From the NCBI GenBank assembly GCA_050952645.1, contig JBMNLI010000008.1, positions 1-18,121 of the forward strand: a DNA stretch of 18,121 bases. Direction: 5' to 3'. A model generated the notes under the pieces. That model was not told where the DNA came from and did not search any database. It worked only from the letters and a program-made list of their open reading frames with translations. This document shows positions 16,488-18,121 of the stretch, piece by piece; within the stretch, counting starts at the first letter, position 1; each line of letters begins with the position of its first letter. Position numbers and translations under genes: made by a program. The stretch comes from Bdellovibrionota bacterium (GTDB lineage Bacteria > Bdellovibrionota_C > UBA2361 > CAKMMH01).

Positions 16488-17933
16488 TTACTTTAATCGC
16501 TGAGTTTTTTCAACGATTGAACGCCTGTTTAGTCTCGTTATTTGGTCTAAGTTTCTTAAAGCTAGCAGTGTTAAAATATATTCTACGGAAAAACGATTTG
16601 CAAAAACTAACTCATCTGCCGTTATTCCTAGTATATTTTTATAAAAAAACTTGCCATCTTTAGCAGTTTGCATGCTACTAAGTTTTTCAAAATCTGAAAT
16701 GCAAATAGCATCCATCTCTTTTTGACCATCTATTAAAAGAGGCTTATGGTATTTAAGGGTAAATGCCCCTTTTTCTTTTCTAAGCTCTTCTCTTTGAAGC
16801 TGTAGCCAAGCCGCCGTGAAAGCACGTCCTATGTATGATGGGATATTTAATGAGCCATCTTTATTTCTAAAATCTTTTTCATCTAACGTTAGCCCAAACA
16901 CGAACTCAGTCCCTATGCCATATTCTTTAATACCATACTTTCTTAAAGTATTCGTAGCGTAATACAGTGTGATTAAACCGCTTTGCGATAAGCTTCTATC
17001 TTCAAAAACGTATAATGGCAAAACTGCTTCTTTTATGCTTTTAATATCTTCAATACTAAATCCTAAAACGACTAATTCTTTTCTTAAATTTACCTCTACC
17101 ACTCCAACGTAGTCGCCATAAGCGGCTTTAAAAACCTCTAATGCATCATCGAGCGTAGGCTTATAGTATTTAAAAGTATCTTTTTCATTATATACTTTTT
17201 TTATCTCTTGCTTGAAGATTATATCTGCTCCTGCAAAATTATCGTAAAAACTTTCTCCCTGTCTATTATGCACGGCGTAAAAAGTTCCAATAGATAACGT
17301 GCGGCTTACGCCATTAGAGATCACATCATCTTTAAGAGTATTTATAAAAGCTAAAGCGTATTTTAGAACATCTCTTAATTCAAAGTTTTTAAAAATATCG
17401 TAGTGCTCAAAATTTATATTTTTTATTATATCTCTAAATTCTATTAAGGAATATTTTTCTTTAAAATAATCGTTTATAATCAAACATTTTTCAAAATCTA
17501 TTTTTAATACTTCCTCTTCTTTAAAATAAACAAGGGTTTCTTTTTCGTTTTCTTTTTCGCTTTCTTTTTCTTTACAATTTAACGTCCATTCTTTTTTAGG
17601 AATAAGAAAGCCAAAATTTTCTAAATATATTACCTTTTGTTCTATTAGATTTATTTCTATAATTTCATTAAAAAAATTTGCAAGGTTTAAAGCATCTTCA
17701 TTATTAAAATCATGAAAAATATCAAAATTGTTTAAATAATTTTGAGAAAAACTAATATTGTAATCTTTAATAGCATTTAAATTATATTTCTTTCTTGATG
17801 TCTTAGCCGAAGAACTTATTCTATTTCTACTAAATTCTCTTTTATTAAATTTTCCATTTACGTTTTGATTCATATCTAAACTAGCATTCACTACTACAAT
17901 CTCCTTTTTTATCTTTTTTACACTAGCTTTCAA
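16488..17933 (-). CDS. hypothetical protein: two HU/IHF-like repeats plus C-terminal SUFU-like domain
   Basis: VIYLENFGFL...IDFEK and RTLSIGTFYAV...IIFKQ resemble the HU beta-core. The C-terminus GIGTEFVF...GKFFYKNILGITADEL...ITRLNRRS resembles SUFU. Start is TTG 17933 or ATG 17873. Confidence 0.6.
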   Translation of the reverse strand: MKASVKKIKKEIVVVNASLDMNQNVNGKFNKREFSRNRISSSAKTSRKKYNLNAIKDYNISFSQNYLNNFDIFHDFNNEDALNLANFFNEIIEINLIEQKVIYLENFGFLIPKKEWTLNCKEKESEKENEKETLVYFKEEEVLKIDFEKCLIINDYFKEKYSLIEFRDIIKNINFEHYDIFKNFELRDVLKYALAFINTLKDDVISNGVSRTLSIGTFYAVHNRQGESFYDNFAGADIIFKQEIKKVYNEKDTFKYYKPTLDDALEVFKAAYGDYVGVVEVNLRKELVVLGFSIEDIKSIKEAVLPLYVFEDRSLSQSGLITLYYATNTLRKYGIKEYGIGTEFVFGLTLDEKDFRNKDGSLNIPSYIGRAFTAAWLQLQREELRKEKGAFTLKYHKPLLIDGQKEMDAICISDFEKLSSMQTAKDGKFFYKNILGITADELVFANRFSVEYILTLLALRNLDQITRLNRRSIVEKTQRLK

Positions 17934-17997
17934 GCAATCATTTTATTATAATGAAATACGTTTTTATATCAAGTTTTGCGGAGTTTTTATATAAAAA

Positions 17998-18121
17998 ATG
18001 AAAGCATTAAAAATTAAATTACCTGTTTTTTCTATTCTTTTATTTTTATCACTTTTCTTAGTAATTTTACCTAGTTATGGAGAAGAGATTATAAAAAGCG
18101 GTGCTACTACGCAAAATAGCG
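17998..18121 (+). CDS. partial exported protein (runs off the window)
   Basis: MKALKIKLPVFSILLFLSLFLVILPSYG-EEIIKSG...; Sec-type signal peptide, frame open to the end of the window. Confidence 0.7.
   Translation, partial: MKALKIKLPVFSILLFLSLFLVILPSYGEEIIKSGATTQNS

Noticed and set aside
258..16663. Short alternative ORFs in the track (258-518, 1334-1525, 2231-2587, 4738-5151, 8852-9052, 10757-10966, 11325-11507, 11724-11936, 12063-12365, 14301-14516, 14565-14762, 14894-15097, 16463-16663)
   Set aside because: Antisense or out-of-frame shadows of well-supported genes, with no recognisable motifs.
16488..17933. SufU scaffold protein of the suf operon
   Set aside because: No SufU/IscU Cys motifs and far too long; the similarity to 'SUFU' is only a naming coincidence.

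Overview
AT-rich (about 30% GC by eye) bacterial chromosomal segment made mostly of housekeeping genes. It carries rpmF-plsX-fabG (without fabH, fabD or acpP), ssb, a SufT/DUF59 protein, a UPF0104 flippase-like membrane protein, an AAA_14/DUF4143 ATPase, manA, a lipoprotein S1 serine protease, an M42 peptidase, an unknown polytopic membrane protein and sufB-sufC-sufD. A 481-aa protein upstream of sufB looks like two HU/IHF-like repeats fused to a SUFU (suppressor-of-fused-like) domain. sufD is longer than the ORF track shows (12730..13925) and is split by two single-base homopolymer frameshifts. The non-coding DNA is unusually structured: (i) a dispersed GTTCTT(T)CACGTTTTAAGG motif just downstream of several genes, which also brackets the ATPase as direct repeats and forms inverted pairs; (ii) a ~105-bp element with 17-bp perfect terminal inverted repeats resembling IS21-family ends; (iii) four repeats with a 23-bp period overlapping the ATPase promoter; (iv) short tandem duplications anchored on the stop codons of five genes. 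No rRNA, tRNA, CRISPR array or transposase was seen. All family calls come from motif recognition by eye, not database searches.
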